Program-made: the position numbers and the translations under genes
Notes under the pieces: generated by a model
The model's database searches: none
What the model was told of the DNA's origin: nothing
Seen by the model: the letters and a program-made list of their open reading frames with translations, nothing else
Shown: positions 10,801-19,108 of the stretch, piece after piece
Position numbering within the stretch: the stretch's first letter is position 1
Layout: each line of letters opens with the position of its first letter
NCBI GenBank assembly: GCA_945907765.1
Contig: CAMDTO010000001.1
Coordinates: 28,083-92,082, forward strand
From: Thermoflexus hugenholtzii JAD2
GTDB taxonomy: Bacteria; Chloroflexota; UBA11872; UBA12225
DNA length: 64,000 nt
Direction: 5' to 3'

Positions 10801-11115
10801 GAGGCGCCTGGTAGTGCCGGGGCTGATGCCGATGGTGGTTCGGAATCTCGTCCGGGTCGGCGTGCCCGCCGAAGTAGCGCGGTAGCAGACGACTCGCTTG
10901 TTGGACGCCTCGAAAGTGGTGACCGGCTGGTCCGGCGCGGCCTCGTTGCCCAGTCGCTCAAAATGATCGTGAACACGCCGGGAACCGATGCCTCGATTGT
11001 GGCTGACGTCCCCGTCGTCATTGACCTGACGCCACCACGGACTGCCCGGGGACGCCGCCGGGCCATCATCCCGGTGCGTCGGCGAGACCGCCCACCCGGA
11101 GCTCCCCGTGCCTAG
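7864..11115 (+). CDS. helY: Ski2-family DEAD/DEAH-box RNA helicase (HelY-like)
   Basis: Walker A 'AAPTGTGKT', 'FDEVHF', 'CLSATVSN', a helicase C domain 'SGRAGRRGKD', a CHKC zinc motif and a DSHCT-like C-terminal domain. The tail is Arg-rich and low-complexity. Confidence 0.8.
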   Translation: MTTRDTDSDHNIPAPSPLTDEPFDIPGPATVDLPEEIAGDGETSPVVVAPVRRRRTARVAAAVRSDLVDGFARRYPFPLDQFQLEAMQALSADRSVLVAAPTGTGKTVIAEFGVELARSKGMRAIYTAPIKALSNQKFHDWRATYGDAVGLLTGDVTENASGDVLVMTTEVLRNMVLRSPEAFGDTAVVIFDEVHFLADPDRGTTWEEAILNCPPHVQLVCLSATVSNAAEIARWIGRVHRETILVEHSTRAVPIDHLYIHDDRIWPLVDATGRLHEPLRVGGETRTPRPMGMGRGARPKELPRPRDVLAILGENQMLPVIYFLFGRRACEVAGASCDRLDLGGDAVTRRRRTERVRQTMEALGPEDRTLAQVRDLTHLLERGMAFHHAGVLPVLKQLVEGLFSEGLLGAVFATETLALGVNMPARSVVIAEHTKYDGVSRRVLLPNEYSQLSGRAGRRGKDERGFAVSLYSPWTTCAEVQELIGADLLPVRSAFTPRYHTVVSLWDGTRTGRERLQRLFASSLRQFQTDDALQEAMAEVEDLRAEADERHYVCPVPDVDDDAIVDYTALRRDVAEAHRQVERARITVAGAARDAGHLPWNPPSPVAVKRAVQGFTGGEVVYLSNWRATVARDASSDGEPVPATTAGGAWSVFLRRDGSGPGIFVAEGQVVQVRQWSVVTRLASGRDGISRVVVPPDLVDAQPQTDARTVVDPMGWARFEASIAALELPDLARFEADRRARQQDLTERLVTPHVTREESLQRRMGGHPCHKCPHRSAHDRAWRREREALRSVIEAEAHAALIETEASTQATRTLDAIVSVLGRFGALTPARAGLAQPTDIAVGLRSLYDPNGLLLLNAARRGWLDALTPTDLMELISWFCYDRDTVRYNRYWLSAVMSEVRNRLDELGAEMVQAEQRVGLAITSGLNRSFHGVLTAWCRGETFGELLDSVGVSEGDLLLTMNKTLDLASQMREALRSLTEAPGSAGADADGGSESRPGRRARRSSAVADDSLVGRLESGDRLVRRGLVAQSLKMIVNTPGTDASIVADVPVVIDLTPPRTARGRRRAIIPVRRRDRPPGAPRA

Positions 11116-11129
11116 CCCCCATGCAGGTC

Positions 11130-12653
11130 CTACTGGCTTGCCGTCACCCCGTTGATCGCGGGATAGAGGCCGATATAACGCCGGAACAGTTCGTCGTAGA
11201 TTTCGCGGCTGGCAGGGTCGGGGTGGACGGTTTGCCCAAGGTGGACCATTGCGTCACCTGCGACAGACAGGTCCGGGAAGTCGCCAACCCCGACGGCACC
11301 GAGCATGGCGCTGCCAAGCACGCCATTCTCAGTCGTTGCGCATGGGCGGAAGTCGAGGCCTGTCAGGTCGGCCTTTATCTGGTTCCATAGGTGGGCACGT
11401 GCCCCGCCCCCGGCTACCCGGACCTCTCGGATTGGTGTGTGCCCGTATTGGACCGCGTACTCCAGAATGTGTCGCACTGAACAAGCGACACCTTCAAGGA
11501 CCGCCCGAATGAGGTGCCCGGGTTCGCTACTGATCGAGAGACCAGTGAACGCACCACGGGCATGGGGGTTCCAGATGGGTGCGCGCTCACCCTCGAGATA
11601 GGGAAGGAAGGTCAGTCCTCCGGCGCCGGGCTCAACCGTTGCCGCCAGGGCGAGGGCGGCCGCTTGCCGTGCGTCCGGAGAGGTGTCTTCCACAGGAACG
11701 TTCACGGTGCGCATGATCCAGCCAAGGGATGCGCCACTTGCTTGGGTCGGCCCGTACAGGATCCATCGGCCGGTATCGACAATTCGGGCCGTCATCAGGG
11801 GGCCGGTATCTTGCGCCTCGGATGGGACCGTGACCCCAGTCACCTCGGATGTGCCGGAGACGTCACACGCCGTTCCGGGATGACCGAAGGCGCCGGATCC
11901 AAGCATGGCGGCCATCGCATCGGACCACCCGCACACGACCCGTAGCCCCGTTGGCAGTCCGGTGGCACGTGCGACGTCGGCGGTGATCGTCCCGACGACG
12001 TCGCGTGGTGTGCCGGCGACCGGGACAGACTCTGGAGGGAGATCCCCCAGATCACGCATCCCGCTGATCGGATGCAGGGTTCCTTGGTGGACCAGACCCT
12101 TTGCCGACCAGGCATCGGTGCGCATTGTTCCGGTCAGGACGAAGTGCACGTAGTCCTTGGGCAGAAGGATGTGCGCCAAGCGGGCAATCGTGTCGGGTTC
12201 GTGCCGTGCAAGCCACCGGCCTCGGGCGAGCGGCCACGACGCATCGACCGGCCACCGCATGCCGAGGAGGTCATCCAGTGCGACCGATCCCGCAGCTTTC
12301 GACAACGCGGCGGCTTCGGCCGCGGCCCTGGTGTCCTGCCAAAGGATTGCCGGCCGGATTGGCTTGTGGTCGCGGTCCAGAAGGACGAGTGTTGGTGCCT
12401 GACCTGAACTGCACAGGGACGCAATCCGCGATGGGTCAGCGTGGGGCGAAGCGACGAGTTCACGGATGCACTGGATGGCCGCTGATGCGTAGTCTGCGGG
12501 ATCTTGTTCCGACCACCCTGGACGGGGCCTCGACACGCCATACGACACGCTCGCAGTCGCGAGGAATGTGCCGGTTGCATCGATTAACGCACCCTTCAGG
12601 GAGGTCGTGCCGACGTCCAGACCAATGTACTGAGGGGTGGTATTTGCGCTCAC
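11130..12653 (-). CDS. FGGY-family carbohydrate kinase (xylulokinase-like)
   Basis: The N-terminus 'YIGLDVGTTSLKGALID...GWSEQDP' and FGGY C-terminal motifs are present. It is 507 aa. Confidence 0.8.
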   Translation of the reverse strand: MSANTTPQYIGLDVGTTSLKGALIDATGTFLATASVSYGVSRPRPGWSEQDPADYASAAIQCIRELVASPHADPSRIASLCSSGQAPTLVLLDRDHKPIRPAILWQDTRAAAEAAALSKAAGSVALDDLLGMRWPVDASWPLARGRWLARHEPDTIARLAHILLPKDYVHFVLTGTMRTDAWSAKGLVHQGTLHPISGMRDLGDLPPESVPVAGTPRDVVGTITADVARATGLPTGLRVVCGWSDAMAAMLGSGAFGHPGTACDVSGTSEVTGVTVPSEAQDTGPLMTARIVDTGRWILYGPTQASGASLGWIMRTVNVPVEDTSPDARQAAALALAATVEPGAGGLTFLPYLEGERAPIWNPHARGAFTGLSISSEPGHLIRAVLEGVACSVRHILEYAVQYGHTPIREVRVAGGGARAHLWNQIKADLTGLDFRPCATTENGVLGSAMLGAVGVGDFPDLSVAGDAMVHLGQTVHPDPASREIYDELFRRYIGLYPAINGVTASQ

Positions 12654-12787
12654 GGCCGCAGGATACCGTGACCCGCCCGCCGCAACACCTCAGAGTGGGA
12701 GGTCACAGCTGCGAGATTCCCGGGATTCCAAAGGGACACGCGGGTTCAAAGCGAGGCGCGTTGAACCCTAACCGTCATGGGCAGGGG

Positions 12788-14134
12788 TCAGACGGTAAGA
12801 AGCTGCTCGCGTTCGGCGTTGCTTACCTGACGCTGTGAGCGGATCATGTCCATCAGTTGTCGTCGAATCCGGATATCGCCGATGAGTGCAGCCCCGGCGA
12901 GGCGTCCTTCGTGGAAGAACAGGCGACGGTAGACGCCTCGTTCCTCGTTCATGCGTCCCAGCGCTTCCATCGTCGGAACCGACTCGGGCATGATGCCAAT
13001 GGCGGCCATCTGGCTGTCGAACATCGTGCTGGTGTAGTAGGGCACCTCACGGTACTCCTGACGCGCGCCCAGCATGTTCGCGCCGGCGGTCTTGCCGTGT
13101 GAACCGGCGTTGTTCCACGTTCCCATCTGGTTATGGGTCCCGATTGAGACGTCGAAGAACTCGGCAACGTCGCCAGCGGCATAGATGTTCGGCACCGAAG
13201 TTTCAAGGAACTCGTTCGTGACAATCCCACGATTGACCTTCACGCCGGTGTCCCGCAGGCACTCGGTCCGCATGCGAAGACCGAGGCCCGCACCGAGGAG
13301 GTCGCAATCCATGGTTACACCTGAACTGCAGTTGACAGACGTGATTTCGCCATCTTCGCCGGCATTCACGCCAGTGATTTCGTCGCCGTAGACTGTTTCG
13401 ACGCCGACTGCCTTGGCAAGCTTGTCTACGAAGGCGCCACCTTCGGCATCAAGGATCCGGTGCAGGAACCGTGTGCCTCTGATCATCCAGGTAGTGCGTA
13501 CACCGTGGTGACGGAAGCCTTCAGTCAGTTCGTAGGCGATGAAACTGCCTCCGGTGACAATCGCATGCTTCGACTTCCGGATGCGGCCGAGGATTGTCGT
13601 GGTGTCGTCAAGGGTCTGGAAGTGATAAATCCCCTTGGTGTGATGCGCGCCATCGACATCCAGGAGGTTTGGCGTTCCACCCGTCGCCACAAGGAGGCGG
13701 TCGTAGGTGAATTCGCCGTGGGTATCGGTTTCGATGAGCTGTCGCTCGGGGTCGATCCGCACCACCGTCGTATTCAGGAGCAGTTCGACGTTGTTCTCTG
13801 AGTGCCAAGCGACCGACTTGATGAACGTGCGCTCAGGGGCGGTGATGCCCTTGAGTACTTTTGGAAGGGCGACCCGGTTGTACAGGGGGTGGGGTTCATC
13901 GCCGATCAGAATGATGCGCGCGGTGGCATCGCCCTTGCGGATCGTGTCCGCCGCGGTCGTTCCGGCGACACCGTTGCCGATGATCACGAAGTTCCGGGGT
14001 GCGTCGGTCTCTCCCACTTCGACAAGGATACCGCAGTGCCGGACGGTTTCAGCCGGGTGGTGCGTCCGGGGGCAGGCGTCGAGAAGCGGACATCGAGGTC
14101 TCCGGACCGCCCAAGGCTGCTCCTTAGTACCCAT
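12788..14134 (-). CDS. FAD-dependent pyridine nucleotide-disulfide oxidoreductase
   Basis: 'NFVIIGNGVAGTTAA' is a Rossmann FAD site. There is a second NAD(P) site 'HAIVTGGSFIAYE' and a C-terminal dimerisation domain. The start is uncertain; the ORF extends to 14272, but that start would collide with a divergent small ORF. Confidence 0.7.
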   Translation of the reverse strand: MGTKEQPWAVRRPRCPLLDACPRTHHPAETVRHCGILVEVGETDAPRNFVIIGNGVAGTTAADTIRKGDATARIILIGDEPHPLYNRVALPKVLKGITAPERTFIKSVAWHSENNVELLLNTTVVRIDPERQLIETDTHGEFTYDRLLVATGGTPNLLDVDGAHHTKGIYHFQTLDDTTTILGRIRKSKHAIVTGGSFIAYELTEGFRHHGVRTTWMIRGTRFLHRILDAEGGAFVDKLAKAVGVETVYGDEITGVNAGEDGEITSVNCSSGVTMDCDLLGAGLGLRMRTECLRDTGVKVNRGIVTNEFLETSVPNIYAAGDVAEFFDVSIGTHNQMGTWNNAGSHGKTAGANMLGARQEYREVPYYTSTMFDSQMAAIGIMPESVPTMEALGRMNEERGVYRRLFFHEGRLAGAALIGDIRIRRQLMDMIRSQRQVSNAEREQLLTV

Positions 14135-14294
14135 TGCGCCGGTTCCGAGGCTTTGCGTGGACGGCCGCGCGATTCCGGCCATGGCTTTGGTGCAATCCCC
14201 TTTCTTCACTGACTGTGCGACTGATGAGTTGGGTGACCTCGGGAGTTCGTTACACTCAGGCAGGCGCATCAAGCATGCGGAGAGGCGGTGATTG

Positions 14295-14519
14295 ATGGAG
14301 AAGGAACACGGGCCCGCTCACTCGCGGGAGATTGCCATGGAGGCACTCGCTCACGTGACGGAACGTCTCGATCACGCGATCACCCTCCTTGCCGATTCAG
14401 ATGTGGAGCAGGTTCAACGGGCCTACGAAGTCACCAAGGAGTGCACCGAGCAATTGGCGCGTTCGATGTGGTTTCTTCGTCGGTCGGCACGGGTGGACCA
14501 AGACGCATCGGCGTCTTGA
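14295..14519 (+). CDS. hypothetical small helical protein
   Basis: A 74 aa ORF with a GGAGAGG motif 10 nt upstream of the ATG and codon bias typical of the window. No motif was recognised. Confidence 0.25.
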   Translation: MEKEHGPAHSREIAMEALAHVTERLDHAITLLADSDVEQVQRAYEVTKECTEQLARSMWFLRRSARVDQDASAS

Positions 14520-14545
14520 CGGCCGCGACCCCGTAGCGTCGCCCG

Positions 14546-15253
14546 ATGTCAAACACGTTCTCGTCCCGGTTGGACGCTACCGCTGTGCCACCCCTGTCGG
14601 CGCGCGTTGCCTCGGTTCTAGGGTTTGTGGACGCCCCCGGCACGGCGCCGACCGCGATGTTCCGGGCCCTAGTCTCATTGGCAGGATTGCCCGGTTCGGG
14701 CAAGTCGCACCTCGCGCGTGAGCTTCATGATGAAACGCAGGCTGTCGTGGTCCGGACCGATGAAGTCAGGAAGGTGCTCTTCCCTGTCCCAACCTATTCC
14801 CGTGACGAAAGCATTGCGGTGTACCAGACCTGTTTCGCGGTGGTGAGGGCGCTCCTTCGCGATGGGTATGCAGTGATATTCGACGGTACGAATGGTCGCA
14901 GGACGGGCCGGCGGAGGCTCTCGACGATTGCGCGCGAGACCGGCGCCACGCACCTGCTGGTACGCGTCATGGCTGATGATGAGGTGATCCGGCGTCGGAT
15001 GATCGAGCGCCAAGCCGGGCGCGCACCGTCATTTTCTTCCGAGGCAGGTTGGGACATCCATCAATTGATGGCCGCTTCGGAGGATTACGGTGGGCATTTC
15101 GACGTGGTGGTTGATACCGGATCGGACGCCTCGCGCGCGGTCAACGCGATTAGCCGTTTCCTCAGGGGTGATCGAGGTGGTCTTGATGGTGTTGGAACGC
15201 CGGACGGTGGACGGATGTCCGGAACTGGAATGCGGGGAAGGAAGTTGACATGA
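14546..15253 (+). CDS. P-loop NTPase, AAA_33-like kinase family
   Basis: Walker A 'LAGLPGSGKSHLAREL'. The stop overlaps the pyrF start (ATGA). An alternative start is at 14657. Confidence 0.55.
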   Translation: MSNTFSSRLDATAVPPLSARVASVLGFVDAPGTAPTAMFRALVSLAGLPGSGKSHLARELHDETQAVVVRTDEVRKVLFPVPTYSRDESIAVYQTCFAVVRALLRDGYAVIFDGTNGRRTGRRRLSTIARETGATHLLVRVMADDEVIRRRMIERQAGRAPSFSSEAGWDIHQLMAASEDYGGHFDVVVDTGSDASRAVNAISRFLRGDRGGLDGVGTPDGGRMSGTGMRGRKLT

Positions 15254-16095
15254 CGACATACATGGAGCGTCTGGCGCAGGCGTCGCGGGAGAATGAAAGT
15301 CTCCTGTGTGTCGGTCTTGATCCGGAACCGCACCGGATCCCCGACCACTTCCGAGGCTTGCCGGCACATGAGGCGATTCTGGCATTCAACAAGGAACTGA
15401 TTGATGCCACCTGCGATCTGGTGGCGGCGTACAAGCCGAACCTTGCCTTCTATGAGGCGCTCGGTCCGGAAGGCATGGAAACCCTTCGGGCGACGGTGCG
15501 ACACGTGCCGAATGGTGTGCCGGTGATCGCTGATGCGAAGCGTGGTGACATCGACCACACAATGCGCCTGTACGCGACGGCGGTGTTTGACGTGTACGGT
15601 TTCGATGCGGTGACTGCCAGCCCGTATCTTGGACGAGACGCATTGCTTCCGTTCCTTGACCGGGCTGACCGGGGAACGTACATACTTTGCAGGACCTCCA
15701 ACCCCGGTGCCTCGGACATTGCCGAACTGGACGTTGGAGGAGATCCACTCTATCTGCGTGTGGCCGAACGGGTACCGACATGGACATCGCACGCGAACAT
15801 TGGACTGGTCGTCGGGGCGACGGCTCCGACACAACTGGCGCGGGTTCGCGCGGTGGCGCCGGGCGTACCGATCCTGCTGCCGGGCGTGGGCGCGCAGGGC
15901 GGCGATCTGGAGGCATCGGTAGCGGCGGGTCTGGACCTGACGGGGGACGGGCTGTTGGTAGTGGTCGCCAGACAGGTCATGTACGCCTCAAGCGGGTTGC
16001 GGTTCGCGGAGGACGCGCGGACAGCGGCGCGGGAAATCCGGGATCGGATCAACGTCGCCCGGTTGACCGCGATCGACGCTCGTCGCGGGAGATAG
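15250..16095 (+). CDS. pyrF: orotidine 5'-phosphate decarboxylase (type 2)
   Basis: 'LLCVGLDPE', 'VIADAKRGDI' and 'LLPGVGAQGG' are type-2 OMPDC motifs. It is 281 aa. Confidence 0.9.
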   Translation: MTTYMERLAQASRENESLLCVGLDPEPHRIPDHFRGLPAHEAILAFNKELIDATCDLVAAYKPNLAFYEALGPEGMETLRATVRHVPNGVPVIADAKRGDIDHTMRLYATAVFDVYGFDAVTASPYLGRDALLPFLDRADRGTYILCRTSNPGASDIAELDVGGDPLYLRVAERVPTWTSHANIGLVVGATAPTQLARVRAVAPGVPILLPGVGAQGGDLEASVAAGLDLTGDGLLVVVARQVMYASSGLRFAEDARTAAREIRDRINVARLTAIDARRGR

Positions 16096-16169
16096 TCCCG
16101 GTACCGGTGATTGATGCGGCAGCACTTGATGCAACGCCTCGCGCGCCTCGGTATGACCCGTCGGTGCCA

Positions 16170-16370
16170 ATGGCATTCCAGTTGGATGATCTGGTGCGCC
16201 TGAAGAAGGCTCATCCGTGCGGCGGGACCGATTGGGTTGTATTCCGCCTAGGGGCGGACATTGGTCTGCGGTGCGGCACATGCGGCCATCGCGTCCTGGT
16301 TCCCCGACGCGAACTGGAACGGCGGGTCGTACGTCTTCTCAGGCCGGGAGACGCCGGGTCAAACGCTTGA
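16170..16370 (+). CDS. DUF951 family protein
   Basis: A 66 aa protein with 'KKAHPCGGTDWVVFRLGADIGLRCGTCGHRVLVPRRELE', typical of DUF951. It lies in frame inside a longer spurious ORF. Confidence 0.6.
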   Translation: MAFQLDDLVRLKKAHPCGGTDWVVFRLGADIGLRCGTCGHRVLVPRRELERRVVRLLRPGDAGSNA

Positions 16371-17276
16371 TCAGATGGTTCGGGGCATCAGCCCAAGAAA
16401 CGCGATCAAGAGAAGCCCGGCCAGGGTGATCACCCCGTATTCCAGAGTGACCCGCATGCGTAGCCTTGCGTGCAACGCATACGTGAGGATGCCGGTGACA
16501 AAGTAGTAGACGGCGAGGAGAAATGCCCCTCCCTGCAGGCCGTTGAGCGGCCAGTAGTTCAGCGCCCATGTCACTTCGCCGACACCGATCCCCGTCACGG
16601 ACGCATAGAGGATTGTCCGACGCCACGACGGTGCAAGGGTCCTGAAGCGGCCGCTCGCGGTCAGATCCGGGGCCCTCACGACCGGGAACCGCCCACTCAT
16701 GCGAAGGCGTTCGGGCACGCTCAGGGTAGTGATGTCCACCGTTGGTGTCGGTTCCGGCGTACGGTCGGGGAACGCCACCTGGGTCAATCGGAGGTGACGT
16801 GCGCTCAGAAGGATCGTGACCGCAACGATTGCGGTCGCCGAAAACAGGCTGCGTGTTCGCGTCTGGTAAATCGCGCCGTACAAGACGAAGGCGGCGATGT
16901 ACCCGGCGAGGGCGAGAACTGTCTCGCCGTAGTCTCGCCGGAGGACCTGCCTCGTGAGCGCCCACTCAGTCCAGAGGACCGCGAACGTCAAGGCGCCGAA
17001 CCCGCCGAGGCCGAAGACAAACTGGGCGCCCGTCGGAAGCAGTGGCAGGAAGAAGAGGGCGCCGAAGACTAACGCGCTTGGCAGGATGAACTGCTCTACC
17101 GTGGATCCCCGCCGTGCCTCACCGCGAAGGATCAGGTCCAACCCGGCAGATACCGTGATGACGATGGCGAACGCGAGGCCGAGCAGTGGCAAACCGGTTG
17201 CGCCGACGCTCAGCGCAACGCCAAGGACAACCACGGCAACGACGACGGTGATCTTTTCAAGCGTCTGGATCGACAT
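16371..17276 (-). CDS. integral membrane protein, uncharacterised
   Basis: Multiple hydrophobic helices. The start was chosen at MSIQTLEK. Its stop abuts the DUF951 stop with zero gap. Confidence 0.45.
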   Translation of the reverse strand: MSIQTLEKITVVVAVVVLGVALSVGATGLPLLGLAFAIVITVSAGLDLILRGEARRGSTVEQFILPSALVFGALFFLPLLPTGAQFVFGLGGFGALTFAVLWTEWALTRQVLRRDYGETVLALAGYIAAFVLYGAIYQTRTRSLFSATAIVAVTILLSARHLRLTQVAFPDRTPEPTPTVDITTLSVPERLRMSGRFPVVRAPDLTASGRFRTLAPSWRRTILYASVTGIGVGEVTWALNYWPLNGLQGGAFLLAVYYFVTGILTYALHARLRMRVTLEYGVITLAGLLLIAFLGLMPRTI

Positions 17277-17460
17277 CGTGATCCATGGAAGGGTATCTGG
17301 CAGATGCGTGCGTTGTCCGTCACGACGCTTCACGTGGCGGTGCTACACTCGCGACGGTCGGGGGGATGCACCTCGATCATGCTGCAGTCGGACCGGATGT
17401 GACCCGCCAGCCAGCTGCGTGTGGCCGTCATGCCAGGTGATTCCGGCGAGGGGTTCGCGC

Positions 17461-17991
17461 GTGAGTAACGTGGTTCTCGTCCTGAACCTGAACTACGAGC
17501 CTTTGAATATCTGTGGTCTGGGCCGTGCAGTTGCCCTCGTTGGTGCGGGGAAGGCCGAGATCCTTGCTTCAGGAATGGAGGACATCCGGACGTCGCGCGC
17601 AGTGTTCCCGCGCCCCAGAGTGATCAAGTTGCAGTATTTGGTCCGGCGACCTCGGGCGCAGGTGAGGCTGACCCGCCGCGAGGTCTTCATCCGTGATGAC
17701 TACACCTGCCAGTACTGCGGCCTGAGAGGTCGGGAACTGACCTTGGACCATGTGGTTCCCCGCCATCTTGGCGGTCGCCACGTCTGGGACAACCTGGTAA
17801 GTGCCTGTCGGCCCTGCAATCATCGCAAGGGTGGAAAGCGTCTTGATGAGACGCGGATGCGCCTGGCGCGCCCTCCACGACGTCCTCCGGCCACGCAGTA
17901 TTTCACCGGCGTGCAGCGGCAGAACCGTGAAGAGGCTGAAGCGTGGGCGCCGTACCTGCCCGCGCTTGAGGTCACGCTGCCTGGCATGTAG
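17461..17991 (+). CDS. HNH endonuclease family protein
   Basis: 'CQYCG...LTLDHVVPRHLGGRHVWDNLVSACRPCNHRK' is an HNH motif. A GTG start lies in frame inside a longer ORF. Confidence 0.75.
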   Translation: MSNVVLVLNLNYEPLNICGLGRAVALVGAGKAEILASGMEDIRTSRAVFPRPRVIKLQYLVRRPRAQVRLTRREVFIRDDYTCQYCGLRGRELTLDHVVPRHLGGRHVWDNLVSACRPCNHRKGGKRLDETRMRLARPPRRPPATQYFTGVQRQNREEAEAWAPYLPALEVTLPGM

Positions 17992-18007
17992 TCCCATCGC
18001 GCAGCCT

Positions 18008-18655
18008 TCATGAGCGCAAGGTTCCGGCGGACACCAATGACGACGGGTCAGCGTACCGGTCACGGGTTGCTGCAACGACACCTGAAACATGGTTGGCGGT
18101 GAACCGCTTGAGGAACCTCGCGCCAAACCAGAAGCAGAGGCCCAAGACGCAAATCACCCACCATGCCGGTGCGAAGTCGCGCGTCCATGCCCACCCCCCA
18201 AGGGCAAGCAGGAACATTGCAAACCACCGGACCAGTCCGGTCGCGAATCCCAGGATCATCGACATGCGGTCGCTTGCCCGTATCGACCATTCGATCACAC
18301 GGGTGGCGAGCACGGTGATGATGGTTGGCTTCTCGCCTGCCGTGGATTCAGCAGCCGCAATCCACTCCAGCCATTGCCTTATCGGCCGGCCGTCAAACAC
18401 GAACCGGTCCCTGAGCGCGGCATAGAAGAGGTACCGGCGTGCCTTGACGCGCTCGAACGCGAGGTCTCCACCGTCCGTGTCTTCAGCGATCCGGTCAAGG
18501 GCGCGTTCCTCGTCGGACGAAAGGAAGACGCGTTGCACGGTCAATTCGTCCTTGAGGATCTCGATCAGCGGTGACGTCACGCCATGTCCCTCCCGCAAAG
18601 TGTATGCCGCATCACCGCGGGAAGGTTCCCTGCGTTCCCCTCCGGTGGATACCAC
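18008..18655 (-). CDS. hypothetical protein with C-terminal transmembrane helices
   Basis: A 215 aa ORF with a hydrophobic C-terminus. No recognisable domain. Confidence 0.4.
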   Translation of the reverse strand: MVSTGGERREPSRGDAAYTLREGHGVTSPLIEILKDELTVQRVFLSSDEERALDRIAEDTDGGDLAFERVKARRYLFYAALRDRFVFDGRPIRQWLEWIAAAESTAGEKPTIITVLATRVIEWSIRASDRMSMILGFATGLVRWFAMFLLALGGWAWTRDFAPAWWVICVLGLCFWFGARFLKRFTANHVSGVVAATRDRYADPSSLVSAGTLRS

Positions 18656-18704
18656 CGGGTGCTAACCTTTGCTAGGATATCGCCAGTTACTTGGGAGATC
18701 AGGC

Positions 18705-19088
18705 ATGACTACGACCGCTACCGAACAACCGTTGGTGACGCTCAGTGAAAAGGCGACCAGTGAACTGCGTCGGCTCATTGTGGCTGAGGAACGCGACGAC
18801 ATTGGCTTGAGGGTCTTTGTGTCTCCAGGCGGCTGTTCCGGTCTTTCCTACGGAATGGCGCTGGAGGAACAGTCTGATGACGGTGACTTCGTCGTCAACT
18901 ATGCTGGCATGCAGGTCTTCGTTGACGAGTTCAGCGCGAGTTTCGTCAAGGGTTCCCAGATCGACTTCGTAGCGGGTCTGATGGGTGCAGGCTTTACTGT
19001 TCAAAATCCTAATGCGAAGAAGAGTTGCGCCTGCGGCCAGTCGTTTGACACCGGCGAGAATGCCGAGACGGCCCAGAAGTGCAGTTAG
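18705..19088 (+). CDS. erpA: HesB/IscA-family iron-sulfur cluster insertion protein
   Basis: 'VSPGGCSGLSYGM' and a C-terminal 'SCACGQSF' form the A-type carrier Cys triad. Confidence 0.75.
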   Translation: MTTTATEQPLVTLSEKATSELRRLIVAEERDDIGLRVFVSPGGCSGLSYGMALEEQSDDGDFVVNYAGMQVFVDEFSASFVKGSQIDFVAGLMGAGFTVQNPNAKKSCACGQSFDTGENAETAQKCS

Positions 19089-19108
19089 GCGCCCGAAGGG
19101 CGCCTGAC

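Noticed and set aside
15687-16169. Long ORF (227 aa) overlapping the pyrF 3' end in another frame.
   Set aside because: Only its last 66 codons (from ATG 16170) have a recognisable DUF951 signature. The upstream part overlaps pyrF and translates to an Arg/Gly-rich nonsense-like peptide.
16954-17460. 170-codon upstream extension of the HNH endonuclease ORF.
   Set aside because: It overlaps the convergent membrane-protein gene and lacks protein-like composition. An in-frame GTG at 17461 precedes the conserved HNH domain.
17461-17991. HNH endonuclease as part of a mobile element, intein or group I intron.
   Set aside because: There is no flanking integrase or transposase, no interrupted host gene and no terminal repeats. 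Its size and context resemble conserved standalone HNH proteins.
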